Source: a virus
Lineage: Duplodnaviria > Heunggongvirae > Uroviricota > Caudoviricetes
Virus record (IMG/VR): IMGVR_UViG_2636416136_000013
Span: 1 to 40,427 of that record
Strand: one strand, 5' to 3'
Length of the DNA stretch: 40,427 nucleotides
Below the pieces are notes generated by a model, which worked only from the letters and a program-made list of their open reading frames with translations, did no database searches and had not been told where the DNA came from. Both the position numbers and the translations under genes were made by a program. Positions 26,920 to 36,986 of this stretch are shown here, piece by piece (the first letter of the stretch is position 1; each line of letters opens with the position of its first letter).

Positions 26920-27361
26920 TCTCGTTCTAAAGGCTTTACGAAAAGCCGGGCTGTATTCCAATGCCACGTTGACAGATGCTGACCCTCAGGCAATTGAAGA
27001 TGCCATTAATGACCTCGAAGACATGATGGCAGCATGGCAGGCTAAAGGTATCGAGCTTGGGTATCAGTTTGCTGATACAGAAAACGGCATCATGCCGTTA
27101 CCTGACGATGATTCAGGTATCCCGGCATGGGCAAATGATGGCGTCGCTTTGAAGCTCGCTGTGCAAGTGTGCATGGATAACGTCATTCAGCCGTCAGACG
27201 CTCTCCTTACCGCTGCTGACAGTGCATATCAGACAATCTGTATCGCTTTAACCAAAATACCACCACTTGAGCGGCGAAATGACATGCCTCGCGGTAGTGG
27301 TAACAAAAGCGCGTTTACGTGGAATCGGTTTTACATCGAGAAAGATGATCCGAGTACGTGA
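26900..27361 (+). CDS. Head completion / tail adaptor protein (P22 gp4-like)
   Basis: 153 aa; [44 protein letters not shown] resembles the P22 gp4 N-terminus as recalled; correct position. Confidence 0.75.
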   Translation: [153 protein letters not shown]

Positions 27362-27370
27362 GGTGAATAA

Positions 27371-28789
27371 ATGCCGATTCAGCAACTTCCGCTTATGAAA
27401 GGTGTCGGCAAAGACTTTAGAAACGCTGACTATATCGACTATCTGCCAGTGAATATGCTGGCTACACCCAAAGAAATCCTGAACAGCAGCGGATATCTTC
27501 GCTCATTCCCGGGCATTGCCAAACGTTCTGATGTGAACGGTATATCTCGAGGCGTCGAGTACAACATGGCGCAGAGTGCTGTTTATCGCGTGTGTGGTGG
27601 CAAACTGTATAAGGGCGAAAGTGAGGTCGGTGATGTTGCCGGAAGTGGTCGCGTATCAATGGCGCATGGTCGAACATCACAGGCGGTAGGCGTTAACGGG
27701 CAACTGGTCGAGTATCGCTATGATGGCACGGTTAAAACCGTCTCAAACTGGCCTACAGACAGTGGATTCACGCAGTATGAGTTAGGCTCAGTCCGCGACA
27801 TTACGCGCTTGCGTGGGCGTTATGCGTGGTCAAAAGACGGCACTGATTCATGGTTTATCACTGACCTTGAAGACGAATCGCATCCTGACCGTTACAGCGC
27901 ACAATATCGCGCAGAATCGCAGCCGGACGGCATCATCGGTATCGGCACATGGCGAGACTTCATCGTCTGCTTTGGTTCATCGACGATTGAATATTTCTCC
28001 CTGACGGGTGCAACCACCGTTGGTGCTGCTTTGTATGTCGCACAGCCATCTCTTATGGTGCAGAAAGGCATTGCCGGGACTTACTGCAAAACGCCATTCG
28101 CTGATTCCTATGCGTTTATCAGCAATCCGGCAACAGGTGCGCCGTCTGTGTACATCATCGGCTCCGGTCAGGTATCACCAATCGCCAGCGCGAGCATTGA
28201 GAAAATACTACGCTCCTACACTGCTGATGAACTGGCTGATGGCGTGATGGAGTCTCTGCGATTTGATGCGCATGAGCTGCTGATTATCCATCTTCCGCGC
28301 CATGTTCTGGTGTACGACGCATCTTCAAGCGCCAATGGTCCGCAATGGTGTGTGCTGAAAACAGGCCTGTATAACGATGTGTACCGCGCTATCGACTTCA
28401 TTTACGAAGGCAATCAGATAACGTGCGGCGATAAGCTGGAGTCCGTGACCGGGAAACTGCAGTTCGATATCAGCAGCCAGTACGACAAGCAACAGGAACA
28501 TCTGCTGTTTACTCCTCTGTTCAAAGCGGATAACGCCAGAGTTTTCGACCTTGAAGTTGAATCGTCAACTGGCGTTGCGCAGTACGCCGACCGCCTGTTC
28601 CTCTCTGCAACCACTGACGGCATAAATTACGGTCGTGAGCAGATGATTGAGCAGAATGAACCGTTCGTTTACGACAAACGCGTTTTGTGGAAGAAAGTAG
28701 GGCGCATCAGGAAAAACATTGGCTTCAAATTGCGCGTTATCACGAAGTCACCTGTCACTCTGTCTGGCTGCTCTATTAGGCTGGAGTAA
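27371..28789 (+). CDS. Tail hub protein (P22 gp10-like)
   Basis: 472 aa, the same length as P22 gp10 as recalled, in the conserved position after gp4. Confidence 0.7.
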   Translation: MPIQQLPLMKGVGKDFRNADYIDYLPVNMLATPKEILNSSGYLRSFPGIAKRSDVNGISRGVEYNMAQSAVYRVCGGKLYKGESEVGDVAGSGRVSMAHGRTSQAVGVNGQLVEYRYDGTVKTVSNWPTDSGFTQYELGSVRDITRLRGRYAWSKDGTDSWFITDLEDESHPDRYSAQYRAESQPDGIIGIGTWRDFIVCFGSSTIEYFSLTGATTVGAALYVAQPSLMVQKGIAGTYCKTPFADSYAFISNPATGAPSVYIIGSGQVSPIASASIEKILRSYTADELADGVMESLRFDAHELLIIHLPRHVLVYDASSSANGPQWCVLKTGLYNDVYRAIDFIYEGNQITCGDKLESVTGKLQFDISSQYDKQQEHLLFTPLFKADNARVFDLEVESSTGVAQYADRLFLSATTDGINYGREQMIEQNEPFVYDKRVLWKKVGRIRKNIGFKLRVITKSPVTLSGCSIRLE

Positions 28790-28791
28790 TA

Positions 28792-29286
28792 ATGATTTCA
28801 CATGAAGAGTTGAAGCGTCATTTATCATATGACCCAGAAACCGGGGTTTTTACCCGAAAAATATCAAATACAGCGAGCGTCACCGTTGGTGATGAAGCGG
28901 GAACCATGTGCACTGGTTATTTAAGGATAATGGTCTGTGGTAAGAGATACTTAGCGCATAGGCTTGCTTGGTTTTATATGACAGGAAAACCTGCAAATTG
29001 CTTAATAGATCATATTAACGGAGACAGAACGGATAACAGATTTTCAAATTTAAGATTGGCAAATAGATCCCAGAATGGGATGAACAGGAATATTCAAAGA
29101 AATAATAAGTCAGGATATCCGGGTGTCTGTTGGCACAAAAATCTCTGCAAGTGGACTGTTTCTTTCAATAAAAATAAAAAACAGGTTCACGTTGGATGCT
29201 TCGATGACCTGGACGAAGCTATCTCAGCATCAATGATGGCAAGAGCAGAAAATTTTGGAGAGTTTGCAAGGCAGAGGATTGAGTAA
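28792..29286 (+). CDS. Free-standing HNH homing endonuclease with AP2-like DNA-binding domain
   Basis: HNH-type motif [26 protein letters not shown]; AP2-like [16 protein letters not shown]...[14 protein letters not shown]; start and stop overlap the gp10 stop and gp26 start. Confidence 0.8.
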   Translation: MISHEELKRHLSYDPETGVFTRKISNTASVTVGDEAGTMCTGYLRIMVCGKRYLAHRLAWFYMTGKPANCLIDHINGDRTDNRFSNLRLANRSQNGMNRNIQRNNKSGYPGVCWHKNLCKWTVSFNKNKKQVHVGCFDDLDEAISASMMARAENFGEFARQRIE

Positions 29287-29987
29287 TGGCTGATTCGAAT
29301 CTCAATGAGCCAGTAATCATCCAGGCTACGCGGCTCGATACATCAATCCTTCCACGCAATATATTCAGCCAGTCTTACCTGCTGTATGTCATTAATCAGG
29401 GAGCTGATGTCGGTGCAATTGCTGGGAAGGCAAATCAGGCTGGTCAGGGCGCTTACGATGCCCAGGTAAAAAACGATGAACAGGACGTAGAACTGGCTGA
29501 TCACGACGCAAGAATCACCGCAAACACAAAAGCGATAAATCTCCTTGAGGTCAGGTTAACAACCGCCGAAGGGAAGATAGTCGTACTGCGTAGCGATGTT
29601 GATTACTTGCTGGATGAGGTTATCGATATTCAGGCGCATCTGGTCACTGTTGACCAAAGACTGGATGACGTAGAAAGCGATGTATCTGACATTAAGAGTG
29701 ATTACGTATCGAAAACCGTAACCGAATCGCAGTCTCTTGCGTCACCGCTGGATGTAAAAACATCATATTCAGTTGATGGAATTCAGGTTGTTGGAGCAAG
29801 AAATACCGGATGGACTGCAGCCACAGGTACACCTCTTATTGGCTCATTCAACGCTAACCAGTCATACGCTGTCGGCACTACGTACACACAATCCGAAGTC
29901 GCAGCTCTCGCTACAGGTTTGCAGCAGGCGCGGCAGCGTATTCTGGCGCTTGAAACAGCACTTAGATTACATGGGCTGATTGACTGA
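29286..29987 (+). CDS. Tail needle protein (P22 gp26-like)
   Basis: 233 aa; N-terminus [73 protein letters not shown] closely matches P22 gp26; coiled-coil middle; C-terminal LRLHGLID. Confidence 0.9.
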   Translation: MADSNLNEPVIIQATRLDTSILPRNIFSQSYLLYVINQGADVGAIAGKANQAGQGAYDAQVKNDEQDVELADHDARITANTKAINLLEVRLTTAEGKIVVLRSDVDYLLDEVIDIQAHLVTVDQRLDDVESDVSDIKSDYVSKTVTESQSLASPLDVKTSYSVDGIQVVGARNTGWTAATGTPLIGSFNANQSYAVGTTYTQSEVAALATGLQQARQRILALETALRLHGLID

Positions 29988-30442
29988 TGATTACATTCAA
30001 ACCAACGCGAAACATCGACCTGATCGAAGCAGTCGGAAATCACCCTGACATTATCGCCGGGAGCAACAACGGTGATGGATACGACTACAAGCCTGAATGC
30101 CGTTACTTTGAGGTGAACGTGCACGGGCAGTTCGGCGGCATTGTTTACTATCAGGAGATTCAGCCGCTTGCATTCGATTGCCACGCCATGTACCTGCCAG
30201 AGATTCGCGGATTCAGCAAGGAAATCGGGCTGGCGTTCTGGCGATATATTCTGACTAACACCACCGTTCAGTGCGTCACATCGTTCGCCGCACGCAAATT
30301 CCGCCACGGTCAGATGTATTGCGCAATGATTGGTCTTAAGCGTGTAGGAACCATCAAGAAATACTTCAAAGGCGTGGATGACGTGACGTTTTACAGCGCA
30401 ACACGCGAAGAACTAATCGACTTCCTGAATCACGGGAGATAG
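29987..30442 (+). CDS. Virion protein (P22 gp14-like)
   Basis: 151 aa in the position of P22 gene 14. Confidence 0.6.
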   Translation: MITFKPTRNIDLIEAVGNHPDIIAGSNNGDGYDYKPECRYFEVNVHGQFGGIVYYQEIQPLAFDCHAMYLPEIRGFSKEIGLAFWRYILTNTTVQCVTSFAARKFRHGQMYCAMIGLKRVGTIKKYFKGVDDVTFYSATREELIDFLNHGR

Positions 30443-30444
30443 CC

Positions 30445-31137
30445 ATGTTATATGCATTTAAGCTGGGCAGAAAACTGCGCGGCGAGGAACCTTATTGCCC
30501 TGAAAAGGGTGGGAAAGGTGGCAGTTCTGATAAAAGCGCAAAGTATGCAGCAGAAGCTCAGAAGTATGCCGCAGACCTGCAAAATCAGCAGTTCAACACC
30601 ATCATGAATAACCTGAAGCAGTTTACTCCTCTGGCTGAGAAGTATGTCGGCAGCCTCGAGAACTTATCGTCTCTGGAGGGGCAAAGTCAGGCACTTAACC
30701 AGTATTACAACTCTCAGCAGTACAAAGACCTTGCTGGTCAGGCGCGCTATCAGAGTCTGGCGGCAGCGGAAGCAACAGGTGGATTGGGTTCCACCGCAAC
30801 CAGTAATCAGTTAGCAACAATCGCACCAACGCTTGGTCAGCAATGGCTATCTGGACAAATGAACAATTACAACAACCTGGCAAATATCGGTCTTGGCGCT
30901 CTTCAGGGGCAGGCAAACGCCGGGCAAACATATGCCAACAACATGAGTCAGATTTCACAGCAAAGCGCGGCGCTGGCTGCGGCAAACGCCAACCGACCGT
31001 CAGCATTGCAGCAGGGGGTTAGTGGTGCTGCATCCGGTGCGCTTTTGGGTGGTGGCATAGCCAGTGCTCTCGAGCTATCAACTCCGTGGGGTGCTGGTAT
31101 TGGTGCTGGTCTTGGTCTGCTTGGTTCACTGTTTTAA
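30445..31137 (+). CDS. Ejection/internal virion protein (P22 gp7-like)
   Basis: 230 aa; Q/N/A/G-rich with Gly-rich C-terminus; size and position match P22 gp7. Confidence 0.65.
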   Translation: MLYAFKLGRKLRGEEPYCPEKGGKGGSSDKSAKYAAEAQKYAADLQNQQFNTIMNNLKQFTPLAEKYVGSLENLSSLEGQSQALNQYYNSQQYKDLAGQARYQSLAAAEATGGLGSTATSNQLATIAPTLGQQWLSGQMNNYNNLANIGLGALQGQANAGQTYANNMSQISQQSAALAAANANRPSALQQGVSGAASGALLGGGIASALELSTPWGAGIGAGLGLLGSLF

Positions 31138-31147
31138 GGGTTAATCA

Positions 31148-32563
31148 ATGGCTACGTGGCAACAGGGTATTAATTCTGGTGGTTTTCTGGCTGGCATCGG
31201 TACGCAAAATGAGAATGCGCCAAAGGCAAGCGACATTAACGCAACGCTTGGTCTGATCCGCGAAAACAATGAACTGGCTCGCTCAGGTGTAAATAACGTT
31301 GGCCTGACCGCGTTACGTGGTCTGGCTGGAGTTGCTGATATTTACAATCAGGAACAGCAACAGAAAGCTATTAGTGCGTTCAATAAGGTTCACGCTGATG
31401 CATGGGCTTCTGGTGATCCATCTGGACTATTTAAGTTTGCCCAGGAAAATCCAGCGTTTGTTGCGCAGGCACAACAGGCGTTTTCCGGTCTTAATGAGCA
31501 GCAACGCAACGATATGGGCGATTTAGCCATGAGGGCTAACGTCGCTCTTTCTCAGGGACCGGAAGCCTACAGTAAATTCATTACTGACAACAAGGACAGG
31601 TTAAATCGCGTTGGTGCTAATGCTGACTGGATGATTCAGACAGGTATCCAGAATCCAGAGCAGCTATCACACATGCTGACTACTATGTCTCTCGGTGCGC
31701 TTGGGCCAGAAAAGGCGTTTGCTGTTCAGGATAAGATGGCTGGTCGTGAAATTGACCGAGGCAGGCTGGCAGAGACAATCCGCAGCAATCAGGCTGGTGA
31801 AGCACTTCAGGCGAGAGGGCAAAACCTTTCCTATCAGTCAGCAATGACTGGGCACAATATCGCAGCACAACGCTTGGCTCTGGATCAGCAAGAGTTCGGG
31901 TTTAAGATGCAGCAAGCGCAGGAAAAGGCTCAGCAGTTGATTAGCGAAGCACCTAAGCTGTCAGTAAACATGGAAAAAGGCATCGAGACGGCTGTAAATA
32001 ATGCCACAGCATCATCAAACTCAGCCAATTCCATGAGTGCGCTTGCTCAACAGTTCAGAGCAGAAAAACCAACGACCGGTTTGTTCGGTAACGCACAGAA
32101 CATGTTCGCAAAACTTACCGGAAGCGATACGACATTGCGTGATTTGCGCATTCGCCAAAATGCCCTTGTTAACAGTCAGGTTCTTAAATTCCTACCTCCC
32201 GGCCCAGCAACGGATAAAGACGTTGAGATCGTTCGACAGGGTGCGCCAACTGACATGGATAACCCTGAGACGGTCGCAAGATGGCTTGATGCAATGGCAA
32301 ACCTTGAGCGACGAAATGCGCAGTTTAATGAGTTTAAAGCCGAGTGGATGAGCGCGAATGGCAACCCTGGACAATCGCGTAATGGCGGTCAGATATTGGG
32401 GTTGGATGTTAAAAAAGGTGAATCATTGGGGAGTGCCGTTAAGCGGTATATGTCAATGAATACTGACGCAGCGCCAGCACAAGATTCGACACCTTCAGGA
32501 GAACCACGGAATCAGGTTGGATCATATACCTCAAAATCAGGCATTCAATTTACGGTGGAATGA
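31148..32563 (+). CDS. Ejection/internal virion protein (P22 gp20-like)
   Basis: 471 aa; size and position match P22 gp20. Confidence 0.65.
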   Translation: MATWQQGINSGGFLAGIGTQNENAPKASDINATLGLIRENNELARSGVNNVGLTALRGLAGVADIYNQEQQQKAISAFNKVHADAWASGDPSGLFKFAQENPAFVAQAQQAFSGLNEQQRNDMGDLAMRANVALSQGPEAYSKFITDNKDRLNRVGANADWMIQTGIQNPEQLSHMLTTMSLGALGPEKAFAVQDKMAGREIDRGRLAETIRSNQAGEALQARGQNLSYQSAMTGHNIAAQRLALDQQEFGFKMQQAQEKAQQLISEAPKLSVNMEKGIETAVNNATASSNSANSMSALAQQFRAEKPTTGLFGNAQNMFAKLTGSDTTLRDLRIRQNALVNSQVLKFLPPGPATDKDVEIVRQGAPTDMDNPETVARWLDAMANLERRNAQFNEFKAEWMSANGNPGQSRNGGQILGLDVKKGESLGSAVKRYMSMNTDAAPAQDSTPSGEPRNQVGSYTSKSGIQFTVE

Positions 32564-34791
32564 TGAAAGTAACTGCAAACGGTAAGACATTTACCTTTCC
32601 TGATGGTACGAGCACCGAAGATATTGGCACCGCCATTGATGAGTATTTTGCTGGTCAGGCTGTTCAGCAACAAACAGTTAATCAGGCCAATAATGCACCA
32701 ACACGGGAAGAACCATCATTGATGCAACAAGCTGGCGATTGGCTCACTGGTGGTCAAAGTGCAGGGCAAATTGTAGAACAGGCTGGTCGTGGTCTGGTAA
32801 ACATACCATTTGACGTATTGCAGGGTGGCGCAAGTCTGATTAATGCAATCAGCCAGGGGCTTGGTGGCCCCAAGGTTTTGGACGATGTCTATCGTCCAGT
32901 AGATCGACCGACAGACCCTTATGCGCAAGCTGGAGAGTCAATAGGCGGTTATCTTGTTCCTGGAGCAGGAGTAGCTGGAAACATGGTCATTGGTTCTCTC
33001 GCTGACGCGGCGAATCAACGGGGTGATTTTGCCGAAAATGCCGCTATTAATGCCGGACTTAACATTGCTACGCATGGCCTGATAAATGGCGTTACCCATG
33101 GTGTTCGTGGTGCATCAAATATAATTAGTGGCAATAAAACATCTGCACAGAGAGCGACCACTGCGCCAACAGAAACATCACCATTCTCCGGTGATGCCGC
33201 TGCAGCAACAAATCCTGCGGTTCATGCCGCAGAGGCAAGAGTAGCACAAGGTGTACCAATGACGCCTGCGACGAGGAACCCAGAGGAAGTCGTTCGCACA
33301 GTAGCAGCACAAAAAAGGCCAAATCTCGCTTCATCGCTTGATGAACTAGATATCAATCCTCAGGCTGAAGTTCTGGAGTCTGCTGAAAGGCTTAATGTTG
33401 ATTCATTACTCCCTTCACACTTTTCCGGTAACGAGCAATACAAGGCAGTTGAGCAAGCAATCAAGTCCCGTGCGGGTTCTGCTCTACAGGTGCAGGAAAA
33501 TGAAGCAATCAGGCAGCTAGCACAGGGCGCGGGGGAGATAATTGATCGCGTTTCCGGTGCAAAAGATGCTCTTGGTATGAGCGACAAGTTTATTGATACG
33601 GTCAATGGAAGAATGTCTGCGCTGATGAAACGAAGCGACCAGCTTTATCGCAATGTTGAAAAGGCGATGCCTGCAGGTGCAAAAATTGATGCGCCATCAA
33701 CAAGGTCAATGCTCAAACAGGTGGCAGAAGATCTTGGCGGGATGAAAAACCTTGACCCTATTGAAAAGAGAGTCTTTCGGGCAGTTAATCCAGGCAAGAA
33801 CGGCGCATTAACTTATGCAAATCTCAATAAGCAACGACGACTTGTTGGTGATGCACTTCATAAGAATTCTGGGCCATATAAAGATGCTGATCGCGCTGCT
33901 TTATCGAGGCTTTACGGTTCTCTCGCCGATGATCAAAAGGCGGCGCTGTCAGAGACAAATGCATTACGTGATTTTGAAGTTGCTCAGAGGCTTGTTCAGA
34001 TGCGAAAAAGCATGGAAGAGCAAATGATTAATCTAACTGGCAGAACGCTGAACGGTGATGTTTCTCGCAAAGCAACTACAGCACTACAGGCAATGTCGAA
34101 AGGCGATGCCAAAGGATTTCGTGAATTGATGCAAAACACGCCGTCCAGGAAGCTAAGAACCGAGCTACTGGGAACAGGTCTTCGGGATATGCTTTCGAAC
34201 GGAAAACGTGGCGCTGATTTTAATCCTGCAGGGTTTGCTGACTGGTATCAAAACATGTTAGCAAACGGGCAGATGCGCAATCTTGCCCGACATTTACCAA
34301 AAGAGACTATGTCAGGGCTGAACGATGTATATAAGGTCGCAAAGGCTATCAAAGACGCAAAATCTTACGAGATAACTACAGGAAGACTAAACGAGTTCGT
34401 CAAACGGTTTAATCGCGTCACTGCGGCAAATGAATTTGTTGCTAACCATGCCCAACGCATTGGCACTGCGGTTGGTTCAACTGTGTCAGGACCGTTCAGT
34501 GCAGTAGGTGCTGTTGCTGGGTCAGAAATTGGGGCAAAAGTCGCCAGCAAAATCAGGGCGATGGGCGGCGCTGAATCAATTGAATCTGCAGAAAAGCTAA
34601 TTAGCTCACCAGAATTCCAGAAAGCAGCAAGGCTGGCAGTAAAACAAGCACCAGAAAGCATCGTTGATACAACTGTAAGACGCTCTTCTGCTTGGCGCTC
34701 GTTTTACAACTCACTTCCAGAATCAGATAAGAAAACCATATCAAGGCTAGGCATCATGTACTGGATGAACAGTGATGATAACCAGAAGTAA
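32560..34791 (+). CDS. Ejection/DNA-transfer protein (P22 gp16-like)
   Basis: 743 aa; last gene of the ejection-protein trio before the accessory region. Confidence 0.6.
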   Translation: MMKVTANGKTFTFPDGTSTEDIGTAIDEYFAGQAVQQQTVNQANNAPTREEPSLMQQAGDWLTGGQSAGQIVEQAGRGLVNIPFDVLQGGASLINAISQGLGGPKVLDDVYRPVDRPTDPYAQAGESIGGYLVPGAGVAGNMVIGSLADAANQRGDFAENAAINAGLNIATHGLINGVTHGVRGASNIISGNKTSAQRATTAPTETSPFSGDAAAATNPAVHAAEARVAQGVPMTPATRNPEEVVRTVAAQKRPNLASSLDELDINPQAEVLESAERLNVDSLLPSHFSGNEQYKAVEQAIKSRAGSALQVQENEAIRQLAQGAGEIIDRVSGAKDALGMSDKFIDTVNGRMSALMKRSDQLYRNVEKAMPAGAKIDAPSTRSMLKQVAEDLGGMKNLDPIEKRVFRAVNPGKNGALTYANLNKQRRLVGDALHKNSGPYKDADRAALSRLYGSLADDQKAALSETNALRDFEVAQRLVQMRKSMEEQMINLTGRTLNGDVSRKATTALQAMSKGDAKGFRELMQNTPSRKLRTELLGTGLRDMLSNGKRGADFNPAGFADWYQNMLANGQMRNLARHLPKETMSGLNDVYKVAKAIKDAKSYEITTGRLNEFVKRFNRVTAANEFVANHAQRIGTAVGSTVSGPFSAVGAVAGSEIGAKVASKIRAMGGAESIESAEKLISSPEFQKAARLAVKQAPESIVDTTVRRSSAWRSFYNSLPESDKKTISRLGIMYWMNSDDNQK

Positions 34792-34808
34792 CGGAAAGCC
34801 ACGGATGG

Positions 34809-35006
34809 TTAGTTGCAGTCTTTTTTATATAAATCTCTGAGCGTATCAAAGACAATTTTCTTTACCATATCGGATTGTTGGTCTGCAATACGCGATGCTA
34901 TTGGTAGCGATGAATTCAATCGCTTGTCGAGAGCTGGTATTGTCGCCTCGTTAAGCGGAATGGAGCGGGAGTAATTAGTAATCCACGGATGGATTCGTTT
35001 AGCCAT
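34809..35006 (-). CDS. Hypothetical protein (65 aa), distal gene of a small minus-strand operon
   Basis: ORF overlapping the stop of the upstream ~140-aa gene by 8 nt; no recognisable motifs. Confidence 0.45.
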   Translation of the reverse strand: MAKRIHPWITNYSRSIPLNEATIPALDKRLNSSLPIASRIADQQSDMVKKIVFDTLRDLYKKDCN

Positions 35007-35445
35007 CGGATAGGCGCTCTTTTGCCTCTTCGATTAAATCAGCACAAATAAGAGGTAGCTCTGATGAAACAACTTCCCAGCCAGATTTTTTAACAACTTC
35101 ATTTAACCACTCTTCTCGATCGTGAGTTCCTCTTCTTTTTTCTAGGAGGAATATTTGAGAGTAAATCTGAATGGCCTTCTCGTTTAGATAAAACGCATAT
35201 TGCCTGTTTAAAACAACATCTGCAAGTATATCAATGCCTTGTTGAGTTTTTGCCGCTACATCTGGCTCTACTCCCATACGAATAGATAAATCGCATAACT
35301 CAACGAATGCACGCTCTTCAGCGTCGTATTTCATTTTGTAAAAATGTGAAGCCAGTTTTTGTGTTTCGGCGAGTTCTGCCCTTAATTTTTTTATCTTGCT
35401 TCTCGTTAATATACCAAACACACCAACCTCCTTAGTTTTGAGCAT
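34999..35445 (-). CDS. Hypothetical cytoplasmic protein (~140-148 aa)
   Basis: ORF 34999..35445; an AAGGAGG Shine-Dalgarno lies just inside the annotated 5' end, so the true start is probably the GTG at plus 35419..35421. Confidence 0.55.
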   Translation of the reverse strand: MLKTKEVGVFGILTRSKIKKLRAELAETQKLASHFYKMKYDAEERAFVELCDLSIRMGVEPDVAAKTQQGIDILADVVLNRQYAFYLNEKAIQIYSQIFLLEKRRGTHDREEWLNEVVKKSGWEVVSSELPLICADLIEEAKERLSDG

Positions 35446-35474
35446 GACGAAATTAACCAGCCATCAGGATGGTA

Positions 35475-35657
35475 TTAGTCACATTCTATTTCTTTTGTCG
35501 AGGTCCATACATAAGGGTCTGAGCAAACAACCTCTCCATTTATCATGACGTCATAGCCCATTAGATATGAGTTACCACCAACAACCTGGGCGGCGATGAC
35601 GCTAATGCTGGCGGCGCAGGCTGCACCAAAAACGAAACCAATTAATATATTTTTCAT
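35475..35657 (-). CDS. Small secreted protein (60 aa) with signal peptide
   Basis: [25 protein letters not shown] resembles a signal peptide; the ~35-aa mature part contains two Cys. Confidence 0.45.
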   Translation of the reverse strand: MKNILIGFVFGAACAASISVIAAQVVGGNSYLMGYDVMINGEVVCSDPYVWTSTKEIECD

Positions 35658-35679
35658 TTTGATTCCAAATAGTTATAGG

Positions 35680-35874
35680 ATGAAAGTTACGACCATAGAA
35701 GAACGCCTGAACAACACTGAGTTAAACCAAACCCTGCTTGACCAGCGACTTTCAGATCTTGAACTTAAAGATCTTGATGCGCAAATATCAGAAGCAGAAG
35801 CCAAGCTCTCCAGCTTAAACCACCGCAAGAAGCAAATCCGCAACAGAATTACTCAGGGACGCGGAAGCTGTTGA
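35680..35874 (+). CDS. Possible small coiled-coil protein (64 aa)
   Basis: ORF frame 35596..35874 with internal ATG; heptad-like sequence; weak ribosome-binding context. Confidence 0.25.
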   Translation: MKVTTIEERLNNTELNQTLLDQRLSDLELKDLDAQISEAEAKLSSLNHRKKQIRNRITQGRGSC

Positions 35875-35895
35875 TGTAGGGCCACAATCCTATCG

Positions 35896-36285
35896 TTAAC
35901 ATTTTCTTTTTACTTTTCCAACAAAAGCTTTGGTTGAATCCATATTTCCATAACCGGAAATGGTTTTTGACATTAAAACTGTTCCAGTAGGATGTATTAC
36001 CCATGAGTCTATAACGCGTTGAGTTTCTCCATTCGCGCCAATTCCTAGGATGGAGTTTTTAGACAATGCTTTGTAAGCCATGCCACCCGCATCTGTCCCA
36101 GAATATGTGACGCTGGCATCTTCACCGCTTGTCTTAATGATGAATGTTCCACTAAAACCATCTTCTTCCGGTTGGAAATTATTTCGTTCTGAATAGTTTA
36201 TTCCGCGCATATCTCCAACGACCCAGCACTCCGCTGTAGCCCCAAAAGATATGAATAAGAACATAGCAGCAAGAAATTGCTTCAC
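35896..36285 (-). CDS. Secreted/periplasmic hypothetical protein (129 aa; GTG start)
   Basis: AAGGAGG Shine-Dalgarno 5 nt upstream of the GTG; signal-peptide-like N-terminus (M)KQFLAAMFLFISFGATAEC. Confidence 0.6.
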   Translation of the reverse strand: MKQFLAAMFLFISFGATAECWVVGDMRGINYSERNNFQPEEDGFSGTFIIKTSGEDASVTYSGTDAGGMAYKALSKNSILGIGANGETQRVIDSWVIHPTGTVLMSKTISGYGNMDSTKAFVGKVKRKC

Positions 36286-36402
36286 GCCAACCTCCTTAGT
36301 TTTGAGCAGGATACCATGAAAAAAGTAAACATCTTTTGTCTACTTCACATTTGAATGGTTTGTCATTAGGATGTTTCCGGTTTTTTAAATATGGAAATTG
36401 TT

Positions 36403-36822
36403 ATGAAGAGGATTATTGGCGTCGTTGCTGGCGCTATATTGTTATCTGGGTGCGCAACTATTGTTGGTGACGAAACGCAGCTTGTGCAAGTGAACAGCAA
36501 TCCCTCCGGTGCGAGCTTTAAGGTAAAAGACGAATCAGGCGTGATTGTTGCGCAAGGTAAGACCCCGCAAGGAGTAACTCTTGCCAAGTCAGATGGTAGT
36601 TATTTTGGCAAAAAGAGCTACCAGATCACTATGGAAAAGGATGGGTACGAACCAGTTACCCTGCCAATCAAAGCCAATGCTAATGGCTGGTATATTGGTG
36701 GAAACCTTGTGTTTGGTGGGTTAATTGGTTGGCTTGCTGTAGATCCTTTTAATGGTGGGATGTATACCTTGAAGCCAAAAGAGGCAAACGCATCTCTTAT
36801 ACCATCAACAAAGCAAGACTAA
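36403..36822 (+). CDS. Lipoprotein (PEGA-like fold suspected)
   Basis: Lipobox MKRIIGVVAGAILLSGC; mature part has KDGYEP and a Gly/Trp-rich C-terminus; followed by two tandem terminators. Confidence 0.65.
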   Translation: MKRIIGVVAGAILLSGCATIVGDETQLVQVNSNPSGASFKVKDESGVIVAQGKTPQGVTLAKSDGSYFGKKSYQITMEKDGYEPVTLPIKANANGWYIGGNLVFGGLIGWLAVDPFNGGMYTLKPKEANASLIPSTKQD

Positions 36823-36831
36823 TAAATAGGA

Positions 36832-36854
36832 CCCACCTTCAGGTGGGTTTTTTG
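36832..36854 (+). terminator. Rho-independent terminator 1 after the lipoprotein gene
   Basis: ACCCACC-TTCA-GGTGGGT followed by TTTTTTG. Confidence 0.75.
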
Positions 36855-36904
36855 TACAAATCCTTCAGCCAGTACATAACTACTGACAGATAACCAACGC
36901 AACG

Positions 36905-36929
36905 ACCCAGCTTCGGCTGGGTTTTTTTA
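36905..36929 (+). terminator. Rho-independent terminator 2 (tandem)
   Basis: ACCCAGC-TTCG-GCTGGGT followed by TTTTTTTAT. Confidence 0.75.
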
Positions 36930-36986
36930 TGCCCAAAATTCACCGTAGCTACGCTGCGGCGATTCCTTGTATCTGGAGCAAATTAA

